Shown here one piece after another: positions 26,852-41,642 of a stretch of 64,000 nucleotides of DNA. The notes under the pieces were generated by a model. The model had not been told where the DNA came from and ran no database searches. It was given only the letters and a program-made list of their open reading frames with translations. The position numbers and the translations under genes are program-made. Each line of letters begins with the position of its first letter. Within the stretch, counting starts at the first letter, position 1. The DNA is taken from contig OX597822.1 in assembly GCA_951406725.2 (NCBI GenBank), positions 66,836,001 through 66,900,000 of the forward strand. The letters are read 5' to 3'. The DNA is from Octopus vulgaris. Lineage: Eukaryota.

Positions 26852-27206
26852 AATCTACCTAGCAAGGAATCTTTCTATCAATCTATTTAAATGGTCGTGT
26901 GTGTACGTGCGCATGCATATTTTGATAGACAAACAGACAGACACGTGTATTGATGCAAATATATTTAACTACGCACATATTTGTATATGTAAATATATAT
27001 ACATACACTGATATATATATATATATATTGATATATATTGATATATATATATATACATATATATATATTGATATATATACATATATATATATTGATATAT
27101 ATACATATATATATTGATATATATATATACATATATATATATATTGATATATATACATATATATATTGATATATATACATATATATATATACATATTGAT
27201 ATATAT

Positions 27207-27251
<45 letters not shown>

Positions 27252-27884
27252 TTTTTTTCTGTGCACTCAGCATATTCAAATATATTCAAATATATTCGCA
27301 TAGACATACTCACACACACACATAACATAGGTGCGTGTGTGCCTGGTGTACACTTACGTACATTTATCCACCTGTACGCACGAGCATATTCCTATACGAA
27401 ATTTTTATCTATGGAATATAACCCATTTAACAGTATGTCTCTTACATTATTCTCTATAACTAATAATACTCAATGTAACATGTTTACCTGTAGAGAACAT
27501 TTCCATTATTCAAAGACTGTTTATGAGAAGTTATATATAGTATGTAATCAAACAATGAGACCACTTTGTGATTTTTTACGTATATTTACGTCTCATTGTC
27601 TGATATTGTTTCTCTGGAATTGTGTTTTCAATGCATTTGGTTACTGATAAATTTCGTGATGTTGTTCCTAAATAACTAGAAGGGCTTCGTGTTTAGTATG
27701 ATTATAATTTGTTATAATTTAGTAGAGCAGTATGCTGACTCTTAACAGAATGAATATGTACGGACAGATAAACGCAATATTCATATATACATATAGCGCT
27801 CACATGCCCATGCACACGCAAACACACACGTGCGCACACACATATATGTGAGTGTGCATGTATGTATGTTTATGTATGTGTACA

Positions 27885-28025
27885 TATAGTGTGTCCGGGT
27901 CTGTGGTACAAAATATGGCCACGTATTGCACTGGACCTGAATCTAATTGATTTCGCAGTGAAATAAATATGTGATTCTACCTGAGCAGTGAATTTAGGAC
28001 CTCAATTAATACAACAGGGCTTTGG
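27885..28025 (+). mobile_element. Small Tc1/mariner remnant
   Basis: KIWPRIALDLNLIDFAV resembles WPPxSPDLNPxD; TATAGTGTGTCC resembles a TACAGGGTGTCC TIR. Confidence 0.4.
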
Positions 28026-28237
28026 TCAGGTAGGAAATGGAATAGAACTGTTCAGTTTTATATTCTTCAAATCATTCAAAAGGGAATGCTGATATCTGTT
28101 ATCAAAACAATCGAAATAAAATAGCGTGGTGCTAGTTATAACTAAAAAAAAAACATATATCAAAAAAACGAAAGACGAAGACAGGTGGTGTAGACAACAA
28201 AGAGATGTATTAGTATAACGCCCGGGAACTGAAAAAG

Positions 28238-28278
28238 TTTTTGATATTTCGAGCCTACGCTCTTCTACAGAAATGAAC
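28238..28278 (-). ncRNA. Candidate atypical minimal hammerhead-like motif in a repeat
   Basis: Minus strand TTT CTGTAGA A GAGC gtag GCTC GAAA TA TC AAA. Perfect stem II and palindromic mini stem III, but core CUGuAGA deviates from CUGANGA. Confidence 0.35.
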
Positions 28279-28352
28279 ACAGAAAGAAACAAGGAGAGAA
28301 ATTAAAGAGAGAAAATAAAGAATGTATAGTGGCTAGCGATCTATCATGGCGA

Positions 28353-28428
<76 letters not shown>

Positions 28429-29424
28429 ATATATATATATATATATATATATAGGAGATAAATAAAAATATATGCATACATACAAGCATATATGTACGTA
28501 CCTACATCTACATGTATATATACATGCATATATAAATAATTATACGGGAGTACAGGACATCACAATAAGACGTAGAAACGGAAAAAACCAAAAAACAAAA
28601 AACAAGAAAACGGAAAACGAAAAACAAGAAAACGAAAAACAAATACAGGACGAGCTACACAAGGACAAAACCCCCGTCATCAGCTGTTGCTAGAGGAGTC
28701 AGGCATGTTTCGAAGGCATAACAGAACACTAATCCAATAGGCCTTCTTGCGAGAGAATTAAAATAAAATTCCAAGCAGCGGGGCAAAATGAGTACGAACA
28801 CAAACAAGACGTAACAATAAGACTGCAAAAATAAAAATACATGTACAAAAACAAACACACAAGAGGACGAACAAAAAAGCCTTTTTTCTGGCATAGACAA
28901 ACAATAAAACTGCAAAAATAAAAATACATGTACAAAAAGTACAATTAGTTACAAAACGAGAAAATAAAAAGAATACTATACAGGAAATCAACCACACAGG
29001 GGGACGAACGAAAAAGCCTTTTGCTGACAAGGACGAAAGTGTAGTAGCAGCGATACACACACATATAAGTTTACAAATTATGGTTGGTAGAGTTACACAA
29101 TCCAAGTGGCTACCGTAGCCGTGTGTACCAGTTATTAGTGCCTGCAAACCTCCGTGAGTGTATAAAAAAATCCAGTTAGTTTGATTTACTAAGCTCAGTC
29201 GGTTGATCAATAAATCCATATCTCTGCAGTATTGGTGACTGCATTATTATATGTACACACACACATGCACACACATAGACGGATGGATGGATGGATGGAT
29301 TAGAAAGATTGTATGATTTGTCACAAGAGCAGTTGCCTTGCCTTCCAGGTTTTGATGTTCAAGCCTTAAATGAACTGCTGAATGTAAACAGGTCGGAATT
29401 TCAATGTAGCAGCCACCAATCTCC

Positions 29425-29455
<31 letters not shown>

Positions 29456-29539
29456 ATTTGGCTCAAAAGCAAATAGCAAGGCCATGTAGGGGGACATGGA
29501 GTTAAGTACAGGGTGGTGTTCATGTAAAGAGTTCAGGCC
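29425..29539 (-). mobile_element. Very short 3' copy of CR1-group LINE family 2 with (AACT)n tail
   Basis: Reverse complement looks identical to 46663-46770 (GGCCTGAACTCTTTACATGA...GAGCCAAATTAACTAACT). Confidence 0.95.
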
Positions 29540-29555
29540 CTTGTACAAGTACATT

Positions 29556-29720
29556 CATTCCTACTCTAGGCCTAAGGCCTGAAATTTTGGGGGAGGGGGT
29601 CAGTCGATTAGACCGACCCCACTACGCAATTGGTTCTTAATTTATCCACCGGGAAAGGATGAATGGCAAAGTCGACTTCGGCGGAATTTGAACTCAGAAC
29701 GTAAAGACAGACGAAATACT
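29556..29720 (-). mobile_element. SINE family B, 5'-truncated
   Basis: GGATGAATGGCAAAGTCGACTTCGGCGGAATTTGAACTCAGAACG. Confidence 0.85.
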
Positions 29721-31303
29721 TGTAGAAGTATATTAAATACGTAGTGTACAAAACGAATTCCCGTCCATGTGAAATTTTTATTATATCTCGACATAAAAAC
29801 GAAGTCACACTCACTCACACACACACATACGATCGTAAATCACTCACACATATATCGATATATATATGTGTGTGCTTGTACACACGCTCACATGCGCACA
29901 CATATCGATAATCATACGCAAGTTTAATTTGATATATTACATAAAACGAGCTCGTTCGCATAGAAATTCTTATTAATACCTTTATTAATATTATATAAAT
30001 ATATTTGCCCTTGTATGTACTTATTATATGTATATTTGTAACATCTGTATGCATGTATGTGTGCATTTAATGGAAATATATGTGTAAAATATTATGGAAA
30101 TGTAGTCAATATTTCTTTCATTTGTCTGATATAAACACCCTCCGGGTAAACATCTTCAGAGGGAAGCATCTTTCAAGTTGTTCGCTTCGCATGAATTTCA
30201 TATTAAACGCAATATTGGTCTAAAAGGTTTCCAATCTCTCACTTCTCTACAGGAAATGATATTGTGGTTTTCATTGAATTCCTACAAATTCTGCCATGAG
30301 TATGATCTCATCCGATTTCGTTCCTATATTTTCCGTTTTGGTTATTGTTGATTTTGCTATTGTACTTGTTGAGTGAGTGTGGGGGAGTGTGATGCTGCTG
30401 ATGGTGGTGGTGGTGGTGCTGCAGATATACTTGTTTAGCTTCAAATAACCACTAATATTTTCGTCTTGTACCTAACTACAAGACTCTAATATCCGATGTC
30501 TCTCCTTCTATGACGTTGGTGTGATTTGAAGTAGAATGATCTGTTCTTACAATCAAGTCTTACAAAAATAAATTCTCGATTTTGCTTTAAAATGTCATTG
30601 AAATTAAAACAGTAGCAAAAATACCTCTGTCCATGTGTATCTGTTTATTTGTAAACATTGTAATAACTTAAAGACCGATGAGAATATGTTTAGCAATGGA
30701 ACGCGTATAGTTTACAAACTAGAAATATATGGTGAAGGATATGCATCGTGTGGAAGTTTTTGATTTTATAAATGGTTTATCTAAGCACCACAGGATTGAT
30801 TAAAAACTCGATAAGAAACACGGAGATACATACGTACACATATTCAAATATTAGGTATACCTCATTGACAAGAGTTAAAAAATCTCGAAACATCGATGTC
30901 GGAGATACCCGAGAGATGGCTACCCAGAACGAAGGGAGTGTTTTCAAAACTTTTTACCATAAGAGATACTTTTTTCTCCACGGTTACCGCTGAGTCAAAA
31001 AATCGAAATATGGATGTCTGAGATTCCCGAGAGATGGCGACACTGAACGAACTGTGTGTTTTCACATCTTCTTACCTCAAGGGAGCTCATATATATACAT
31101 ATATATACATATATACACGCACAAACACCTACGCACACAAATACATACATATATATATTATATACAGATACAGAAGGGGATAGGTCTATGCATTTTTATA
31201 CTTCTTACACACACTCTCTCTCTCTCTCTCTCTCTCTCTCTTGCTTAATATATGAGCATGTGCGTGTATTTGTGCATTTTGTGTGTGTGTATATATTCAT
31301 ATG

Positions 31304-31342
<39 letters not shown>

Positions 31343-32208
31343 CTGAAAAATGCTGATCGAACTTACAAACTTCTACGGAAATAAATAATTCTTGTTCCTG
31401 AAAATTGTTCTCTGTCCGTACCACTATCTGCTCAAACTTCCCTAACTTCTTACACGCACATCCTTGAATCTTTTATATATATATTGTGTGTGTGCGTGTG
31501 TTTGTGAGCGTGTATGTATACATGCATAAGTATGTATGGATCGATCGATGTATCGACCGATCAATGGATCGATCGATCGAGGTACAGATGGATGTTGCAA
31601 AGATGGATTATTTATGCTGACAAGGTGACTAACACAGCGGACGTTTAAACTTTAAAGTCATTGTCAGAGTTCGCTAATCTATATTGAGTGTTCCTCCATA
31701 TTTTTTCCCATTCTTTCTGAACCAATGCACTATCATTTTATATACACATACACACACATATATACATATATATGTGTGCATGTATTATACGCACATACAC
31801 ACACACACAAACACACACACATATGCATGTATTGTTTATTGAAGACCTGCCTTCGCCCGTGCATACAAGCCTCCCCTCACCAACATTATTGCTAGAAATA
31901 AGAGTCAAAATAACTCAAAACAACCGCTTATGAAATCAGCGCATGATTTCAACGGAAATCTTATAAACTGACAAGGCGAGATGAGTTTAACCCTAGGTGC
32001 GGTGAGGGCCACCGAATCAGCATTAAGATGCGTTAAGCATCAAAATGGGAAATCATCTATAATCTGGGTATGTCTGCGACCATAGCGTGCTTTCCCATTC
32101 TTCAATCATTCAGATAGTGCTTCTGTTGATATTGAGTTGTGCTGACTCTTATTTCTAGCAATACTGACACTGACTAAGTGCCCTTTGTTCACTTCAGTGA
32201 TGTGTGTG

Positions 32209-32239
<31 letters not shown>

Positions 32240-33108
32240 GATAATAATGATAATAATGATATAAATAATATATAAATATATGCATATATACGTATATGTA
32301 CTTACCTACATATATATGTATATATACACATGTATATATGGGTACAGGACATCGTAAAAAACGTTGAACACAATGAGAAACGAAAACATAAATACAAAAA
32401 CATAAGAAAGAACTTTTTTCGAACAACAAAAAAAGCAAACAGAGAAACGAGACATGCAACGTAAAGAATATTCCCCTTCATCAGTTGTTCCTGTTTCATC
32501 TACTCCGCGTCACGAAGGCAAGGACAATACGCGGCTTGTTGAAACAGTCCTTCCCACAAAGCATGAATATAATGAGTTTGCATCATATAACATGGAATAT
32601 CTGCAAAAGTAACACTTTTTACCTAAATGCCCAGTTAGAAATTTTGGATTTTAAAACAACCAGCGATGTTAATCGGCAAATAAATATCTTCTCAAGTTGC
32701 TGTCATCTGGAAAAAGTTCCAGCGTAGCAACCAGAAGCAGGATAGTAACACGTCCTGAAAATTTCAGCACACAGCAGGAAAGAATTGGTTGTGGAATAAC
32801 AATGATTACAAGAATATCACATATAATCATTGAATGCGTTCGCTTACACCAGTGGGGAGAATATTTCGCGACAATATTTATTCGATTAGGTCTAGTAAGA
32901 GCTTTTCGGTTACACTGTTTTGCGAACAGATGTGGGCAATTTGATTGTGAGATTGTGATTTGTAATGGCATAAATCATGAACTGATTTCTAATAAATTTA
33001 ATCTATACATAATATCATAATATCTTATTTCGTTTGCCAACAAGAATATATATATGCGTATATGCATATATGCACATATACATATGTATATATATATGTA
33101 TATATGTG

Positions 33109-33164
<56 letters not shown>

Positions 33165-33198
33165 GGGAGAGAGCGATAGAGAGAGAGAGAGGAACATA

Positions 33199-33240
<42 letters not shown>

Positions 33241-33491
33241 AAATATATATTTATACGCACACACATATATACACACACACAGAACACACATATACTACAA
33301 ACTCACTCATATTCATATATATATATATATATAAATATATATATATATATTTATTTATATATATACATACACATATATAGACATATATACATCCATATAT
33401 GTATATACATGTATAGCATATATGTATATGTGTATACGTATATATATACATATATGTATATGTGTATATATATACATATATGTATATATGC

Positions 33492-33522
<31 letters not shown>

Positions 33523-33961
33523 CACTCACCCACCACACACGCATTAAGTAATAAAGAAGGGAATTTTGTAAGTGCTAAATGCTTAGCTAGGAAAATGATT
33601 AGAATAATATTAAATTAAATAAGGATATTCAGGTACGTGAATAAATGTGACCAAGTACGGCAGCATGCACACAGTGTTACAGGAATAGAATTATATATGA
33701 ATATAAAGTGAAAATATATGAAACAGAAAGCTTTCGCAGCCAATGCATCTCTCGCATATTCCTACATACAATATTTTCCAATTAAATGTCTCGAGGAAAA
33801 TATAATTATACCACTCCTTATCCATTGCAATTTTCTATAATGTAATTACAACCGAAACCTACACAATAACAACGGCGAAAGACGTCGTTGCAACCAGGTA
33901 CATACTGAAATATGCACTTCCACGTATACATGAATATTGGTGAAAATATTCATATGTAGAG

Positions 33962-34001
<40 letters not shown>

Positions 34002-34049
34002 GTATATGTATATATATATGTATATATATATATGTATATATATATATGT

Positions 34050-34115
<66 letters not shown>

Positions 34116-34175
34116 ATATATATATGTATATATGTATATATATATATGTATATGTATATATATATGTATATTTAT

Positions 34176-34230
<55 letters not shown>

Positions 34231-34609
34231 AGGAGAGAGACGCATGCATTGAGATATATGTATAGGATTAGACATAGATGTATTTGTTTCACACTCTGAC
34301 GGATATCTATATACACACATACACACATATATGCATATACAAATATACATATATATGCGTGTCGATATGTGTGCATGTGAGTGCGTGTAGGTACGTTTCA
34401 ATCACTTATGTCTGATGATGTACAAATTAAGCAGAGTAGCAATTTTATATCGACAGCTTTACATTTGCTTGAATTACGATGTTAATAAACCGGCATATGT
34501 CCCTACATACACACACGCACTCACACACAACGTTGCAAAATACACTGAACTGATTTATAAAGATGCAAACATACAGCATTCATATTCATACACACATGTA
34601 CACACACAC

Positions 34610-34676
<67 letters not shown>

Positions 34677-34722
34677 CTTATATGTGTGTATGTATGTATA
34701 TATCTACACATTCATATAAGTA

Positions 34723-34767
<45 letters not shown>

Positions 34768-36262
34768 TATGACGTTCCGATAATTTTACCTGCGAGAAAC
34801 ACAAATGTATATACGTACATACACATAGCAATACTGCTTTGTGCTATGACAGAATCATTATGTCAATAATATGCAGACGTATCCACGTTGACGTTTGTGC
34901 GCATAATATATTCCTGAATGTATTTGTTTGCGAATCTTGTGTGTGTGTGTGTGTGTGCTTGAAAGCTTGCCTATGTATGCTCACGCACGTCTGCATTTGC
35001 ACACTTTATATTGTATTAATATACAAATTTTAAATTAAATCATTATAGAAATATAATGGTTTATAATTGATAGCGAATGAATTTACTGATGAGGTCAGCT
35101 TTATTATGCAATTGTCGTATAATTATACTTCCGGGGTTAATCAACTCCTTTTTTGTCTTCTTCCTGAAATATATTTGAACTGTTAATATTCTAAAGTAAA
35201 TAATGGAATGCCTGTAAGTAGTTCTATATACCGATTGACTTCAATACAATAGCTAACATTGTTTTATTCTCTCGAGCAAACATTAGATTGTTTTACGGGG
35301 AAATTATATGCGCCTACTTTTTTTCTGTGTTACGTAGACGAAACGGTTTAGTTTAAGGATTTTCTTATCATTATTACATTAAGAATTTTTTCTCGACTTA
35401 ACGAAATATGTTGGGCGTCGGAGAAAATGTTTTGTGATATTTATTTGTTTCATTTTTACCCTTATACATCAAAATATACTTGTGCTCGATTTCTGCATCT
35501 TTTTTTTTTTTTTGCCTCTGGAGTTGGTAAAACATACACTTACCATTGGAAAAAAATATCTAATCGATTCTAACCTAATCCGATTCTTGCAATTTTAGCT
35601 TGAAGAATTCTTTGCCTTAAAACTTTAACGATAAAATTCATTGTAAATTTGGAATGAATATAATCGTTCCTTTGATAAACAGCAAAAATGCTAATTTTTC
35701 GTACTCAATCATACTCATTATCCACGGCAAACCCAATTAACACAAATCATCCATAAGAACGTGACTTTAGGTACTATTGTGTTTTGAGTGCAAGAATTAA
35801 CGCTGCAGGAATTGTCGAATTATTCTATGGCTTTTAATGCTAATGTGAATTCCTATAACGGGTACAGATTTCATTTCAAGAATGTTGCCAAATTATGTTA
35901 AATAAGTATAATTATTGAATCTGTTATTGTCAAAGGGAATAAAGAGCTCATTAAATCTATTGTGTTATGTATAGCATGCCTACTGTTACTTTTGTTTACG
36001 AAATCACAAATATGTAAATGTTTCAGATTTAAACGCAAATATGCCAAGAAATTCAGTAAGCTTTATTTTAAGCTTGGAATATGAAAGAATATTAATTATA
36101 TACTAATTCGTGTCATAATTATTCAAATGGTTACTAAACAAATGATAGCATTTCCACACATATTGATGCCCAAGGACAAATAACATAGAATTTTGCAAAA
36201 TTTTTATTTATGTATACATATTTCAATATTATGTGTGTGTGTGTGCGTATATGCGTGAAAGC

Positions 36263-36304
<42 letters not shown>

Positions 36305-36679
36305 GTATTGTATCATACTATATTCTGCATGAATGTCGTTACCAGATTATTGAGGAAAACTCATTGTCCTAGAAATGAGTCAACAGAACTTATCAATCGT
36401 ACATACTCAAAAGCTGTTTAAACAAAAGTTATACTCCAATATATTGGAATGATATTACCATTTACAGGACCTTTAAATGGCCTGCAGCTAAAGGCTCAAC
36501 GCAAAGTGATCTAGATATGGAGAACCATTAAGATGCAAGGGAACATAGCTGCTTGTTACTCATTTTCAACCTAAATCACCCACCTTAATACAGTGGCCTT
36601 CAACGTTACTGTCTTCTATCTTCTACAGATATATGTAAACTTCACTAAGCTTTTCTGCAGGAAAAGTATTTACTATCCG

Positions 36680-36909
36680 AAGGCGGCGAGCTGGCAGAAA
36701 CGTTAGCACGCCGGGCGAAATGCGTAGCCGTACTTCGTCTGCCGTTATGTTCTGAGCTCAAATTACACCGAGGTCGACTTTGTCTTTCATCCTTTCGAGG
36801 TCGATAAATTAAGTACCAATTACACACTGGGGGTTGATGTAATCGACTTAATCCGTTTGTCTGTCCTTGTTTGTCCTCTCTGTGTTTAGCCCCTTGTGGA
36901 TAGTAAAAA
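36680..36909 (+). mobile_element. SINE family B, full length with 18-bp TSD
   Basis: GGCGGCGAGCTGGCAGAAACGTTAGC head; TSD AAAAGTATTTACTATCCG at 36662-36679 and 36910-36927. Confidence 0.95.
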
Positions 36910-37198
36910 AAAAGTATTTACTATCCGGTGGTTTAGAAATTATCTGAAAAATAAAAGTGCGATGCATAGAAGTTATGAATATGCCGTTGTCTCAACATCT
37001 AGTGACGCACATTACTTTAGAAAAAAAAATACTCTTTTCTTTATTATCCACAAGGGCCCAAAATAGAGGGGTACAAACAAGGACAGACAGGACACCACAG
37101 AAGGGACAATACATAAAACGGATATGAATGAGATGATTATATAACAATGAGGTTATGAATGTCTGCATGCGCACCTCATCACGTGCAGTACCAGTAAT

Positions 37199-38940
37199 CT
37201 TTTTTACAGTCCATTTTTATCATGTAATTACATAACAATTAATTATCGTGTTACATACCTTGCGGGTATTTGAACCGTTATATACATTATCTACAATTGT
37301 TCTTCTATTTCTCAATTTTTTTTTAAACATAACAAAAAGCACCTGGCTCTTTCGTTTTTTCTCCTTTTTCTTTTTTCCTTTTTCTTTTTTCTTTTCTTTT
37401 TTCCTGTCAATTTAACATACTTATTTTCTTTTTAGTATTACTTCATCAATGGCTCTATTGCTATTAAATCCACTGCTGGTGGCAATTCTTTGAATTCCAC
37501 CCTTACTCCTGGTGGGTCAATACTATCTCCACACATTTCTTCCTGTTTCTTGTAATTTTCCTTGTCGATCACTATCGCCTTCATATCCTCTGCATGTATG
37601 TATGATGGTACTTTCACTCTTACTATTTGATTAAACTTGACTATCTTCTCTGTTTCTATATTCTTTGGGTAGGTCACGTAATACCATACTCCATTTCCTC
37701 CTCGTATCTGCTTTCCTTTATTTTGAACTCTTTGTTCTCTCGTTTCCTCCTCCACTCTAAATACTCTCTCCCTCTCCTCTTCGGGCCAGTTGAATTTCCG
37801 AATCCTTTTCCAACTGAACAACAGGTATCTTTACTTGTAACTCCACTTTCTTTTTACTTCCTTTCTCTGTCACCCTTTTGTCTTCCTTCCTGCTGACCTC
37901 CTTCACAGTTTTTTTCTCATATCTTCTCTCTTCTTTTTTCTGTTTCTCTGGCGTAGAACCTATCCCTCCGCAACTCCTTCTTTTCTTTTTACCACAGTAA
38001 AATCATCCCTGTTTCTTTTTCCTTTGTCTCGACCTGTTCTACCTGGTTCACACCCTTTTGTCTCTCCACATGCTCCGCTTGCTGCTTTTTCGTGGTGCAC
38101 CATGCGTTCGTATAGCCCTTCTCTCCACATTCAAAGCATACAGGCGGCCTGCCCTCCACCTTCATTCTCAATCTCGAGCCGTCTGGAAGCACTATCTCTT
38201 CAGCAATCCTATTCAGATCCTCTACTGTTGCCTGGATAGTGGATTCTATCCCATATCCCCAGTAGTAGAGCTTATTGGTCCTTGTGGCCTTCAATATCTT
38301 GGCCCCATCCTTCATATTGAACATTATGGCTGCCATGTGCCATACCTCTTCTAGTTCTGGGGGTACTTGGCCTACTTGTACTCTGGCCACACGTTTGCCG
38401 CAGTACGACGGCAAAAGTATACACTCTTCCGATCTTATTGTCTCTGTTGCGTGTCTGATTGCCTCTTCTGACGTGAAGCGCACATCCACGGTGGCATACT
38501 TCCTTCCTCTTATTCTAAAAGTTGTTAACTTTTTAATATTTTTCAATACTTCTATCTCTCCACTGTCGCAATCTCTATCTTTCTTGTTGCAATTCTCATA
38601 GTTTTATACGTGACTGTTCGCTTCGTGATGCTGTTAGTCATCTCTGCAGGTGGCGCCAACTTTAACGTCTCGCCCTTCTTCTCTAGTAACTTTTCCCATG
38701 CTTTCATTTTTTCTTGGTTCGACCTTGATTTCGAATGTCTCCAACGTTTTATCTTCAGCTCCTTTTCCAGTCACTGCCGCATAACTGTGGCCGCCCGCTG
38801 GCGTTTCCTCCATTTTACTTCAATGGAAAAAATCAAACAATAACAATTATCAATATCAACAAACAGCAATAACGAACAATTAATTAACGCTCTACTCACG
38901 AAAAACAATCCGACTCGGCTTCAAAAACAACACCCCTTAA
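37199..38940 (-). mobile_element. ORF1-only L1/Tx1-like non-LTR element (decayed gag-like ORF1 with zinc knuckle)
   Basis: ATG at 38813 (MEETPAGGHSYAAVTGK), RRM-like middle, VEGRPPVCFECGEKGYTNAWC (CX2CX4[H>Y]X4C). Frame fragments run to 37438, then an A-rich 3' region ending in an A-run at ~37200. No EN/RT follows. Confidence 0.7.
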
Positions 38941-39719
38941 CTACGCTCTGTTCTAGTCTAAACATTACTCGTTGGTGAAACAATATTATATATTGAGACA
39001 CTGTCGGTACATTTCATTGTGACGTTTGGCTTTTGAAAAACAACTTCCCAGGTAATTGTTTGTTAGTTTCAATAGCATTAATTGTTTTTGTTTTTGTATA
39101 CACAACACTGCATGATATTGATCGCTATAGTTTTTGTCACTGTTTCAAAATGCGGGTTTTTTAAACTAATGTGGTACTTGAACATTCTCGAACATTATTG
39201 TACGAGGAAGTTTGGGGGTGTCCATGGGGCCTTGTCAATTTACGCCAATCTCTACACGCAAAATATCCGCGCCGGGGGATATATTAAACTCCTAGCCTTT
39301 TTCTTTTGGATTTAATCTTTATCTGTTAGCTTTGTGATCATTTCGGCAGAGCTGCAATCACAAAAACTGAGCATCAAAAGCAAAGAATTAGAAAAGATAT
39401 AATTTAAATGCTAGCCACAGAGTTGTTGAATTTGATTTTTGGATCAGAAACGAAAATGTTAATTATCCATTAACTGTGAATACATGCGATATTTAAACAA
39501 AATAATATATGAACCTTTGCTTTGTGTAGTTTTTCATAGCTGGATTAAACAATATTAATATATCAAAGAAATTTTCTACCTACCATTTAACTTATTAAAC
39601 ACAGATCAACAAAGTCATTCATATTTATGTAACGGAGGAGATTAGATGTTAAAATGGATTATAGTTTTTATTTTCTTGTGGTAATATATAATTTGTTTCA
39701 TACGTAAAGATTCAGATAT

Positions 39720-40818
39720 TCATAAACGGATAATTGTAATAGTGATATTTATACTCGTCATCAGTTTAAGAAGGAGTTTCAAACAGATCCACCAGTACAA
39801 CTCACCATCACTCGAATTAGAGATAAGTTTGAAGCCGATGAAACTATTCAGAATGTCCACGAGAAGCATTTCAGAAGACCACGAACACCAGTAACCACCA
39901 CAAAGCAAGAAGGAGTACTGGAAACGAATCACCAAAGTCCAGAAAATTATGTGTGGCAAGCGAGTCATAAGGTTGATATTCCAAAATCGTTTGTCCAACG
40001 CATTCTGAAGCGTTGTCAATGGAAAAATTACATGCTATTAATGGCAATGATCCAAACCAGAGTGCAGTATTGCGAATGGTACTTGCCACGATGTGTTGAA
40101 GATGCAAACATTCCAACAAAGATTGTGTGGAGTGATGAGGCCACAATCAAATTGAATAATTCAACTAACCAACACAGTTACACCTGCTGGGAACCTGAGA
40201 ATCCGCATGTTATGAAGGAAAGCCATGTTAATTTACCAAGAGTTACTCTGTGGTGTGGCTTATCATCAAGAGGATTAATTGGACCATTTTTGATGCTACT
40301 GAGACTGGTCCCGTTTACTTGAACTTGCTGTAACAGTCTGTTATGCCAAGCATCGGGGAAGACTTTCAAGATGATGAGTTTCATTTTCAGCAACATGGGA
40401 CACTCCAACACTACCATCACTATGTTAGATCCTTCCTTCATGAGATCCTGCCAAACAGGTGGCTTGGACGAAGTGGTGTCGTTCAACACCTTCGGCGTTC
40501 ACCAGACATCACACATCCTAAGACTTCTTTTAAGGGAATATATAAAACACAAAGTCTACGCTATGAAGCCTGCAACAGTCGCTGATTTGAGAGCAGCCAT
40601 TGGACGAGAATGCACACAAATGCCAAACGAATTGTTTCGTGATATTTGCGATTCCATTGCTTTGCCTTTTCAATAGTACCTGTACCAGAACGGACGTCAG
40701 CAACAAAACAATGAAATTATGTCTGTAGATTCTATTAAATTTTGTTAATGATATGTATTTTAATAAACACCTACTTTACAATTATTTCAAGAGTGTATAC
40801 ATTTTTGGGGACACATTG
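39720..40818 (+). mobile_element. Decayed Tc1/mariner-superfamily transposon (DUF4817-like HTH type)
   Basis: [72 protein letters not shown]. Right TIR-like end TTTTTGGGGACACATTG-TA. Confidence 0.85.
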
Positions 40819-40860
<42 letters not shown>

Positions 40861-41117
40861 TATGAATACACACACACACACACACATATACATTGAAAAT
40901 AAGAAAAGTAAATAATTTCAACATTCAAACTTTAAGTTTATTTCCAGGTAGTATAATAGTCCGACAAGCGTTGCATTTTTATAGGCAGCTATTTATGCAT
41001 TATTGGTACGATGTCTTCAGGGCATATAAATATGACATTGATTGAAGAAGAAATTTCATCCTCAATTAGATAGATAGATATCATATTTTACCAGCTGAAT
41101 CACAGGGATATATTTGC

Positions 41118-41166
<49 letters not shown>

Positions 41167-41516
41167 CCCTTCTCTGCTTCCATATTTCTTTCTCGCCCTC
41201 TCTCTAAACATAATCTCTATTTCGCTTTCGAACAAATGCCATGATTACATAAGTAGCGAATGAGATTTGTATTATATTAACACATATATAACATAGTTTT
41301 AGGAATATATTCTGTTTGATAAAGGAAATAACTAGCATATTAACCTCTCACTGTAAATGGACCAACATCTGAGCTCAGCATTATCATCGACTCTCAGTCG
41401 GCAGATAGATGTGTAAACACAATACAGAGAAGAATTTCAGAGAGTGATTATTGAACAAATTCAATAATTAACCATACATCTTTCAAGGAAATTCAGCATC
41501 TCATTACATACATATA

Positions 41517-41558
<42 letters not shown>

Positions 41559-41608
41559 ATATATATATAAATATATATATTATAAAAATATTTATACTTA
41601 TGTATATG

Positions 41609-41642
<34 letters not shown>

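Noticed and set aside
32669-33020. Overlapping ~100-aa ORFs on both strands
   Set aside because: No recognisable motifs; length is compatible with chance.
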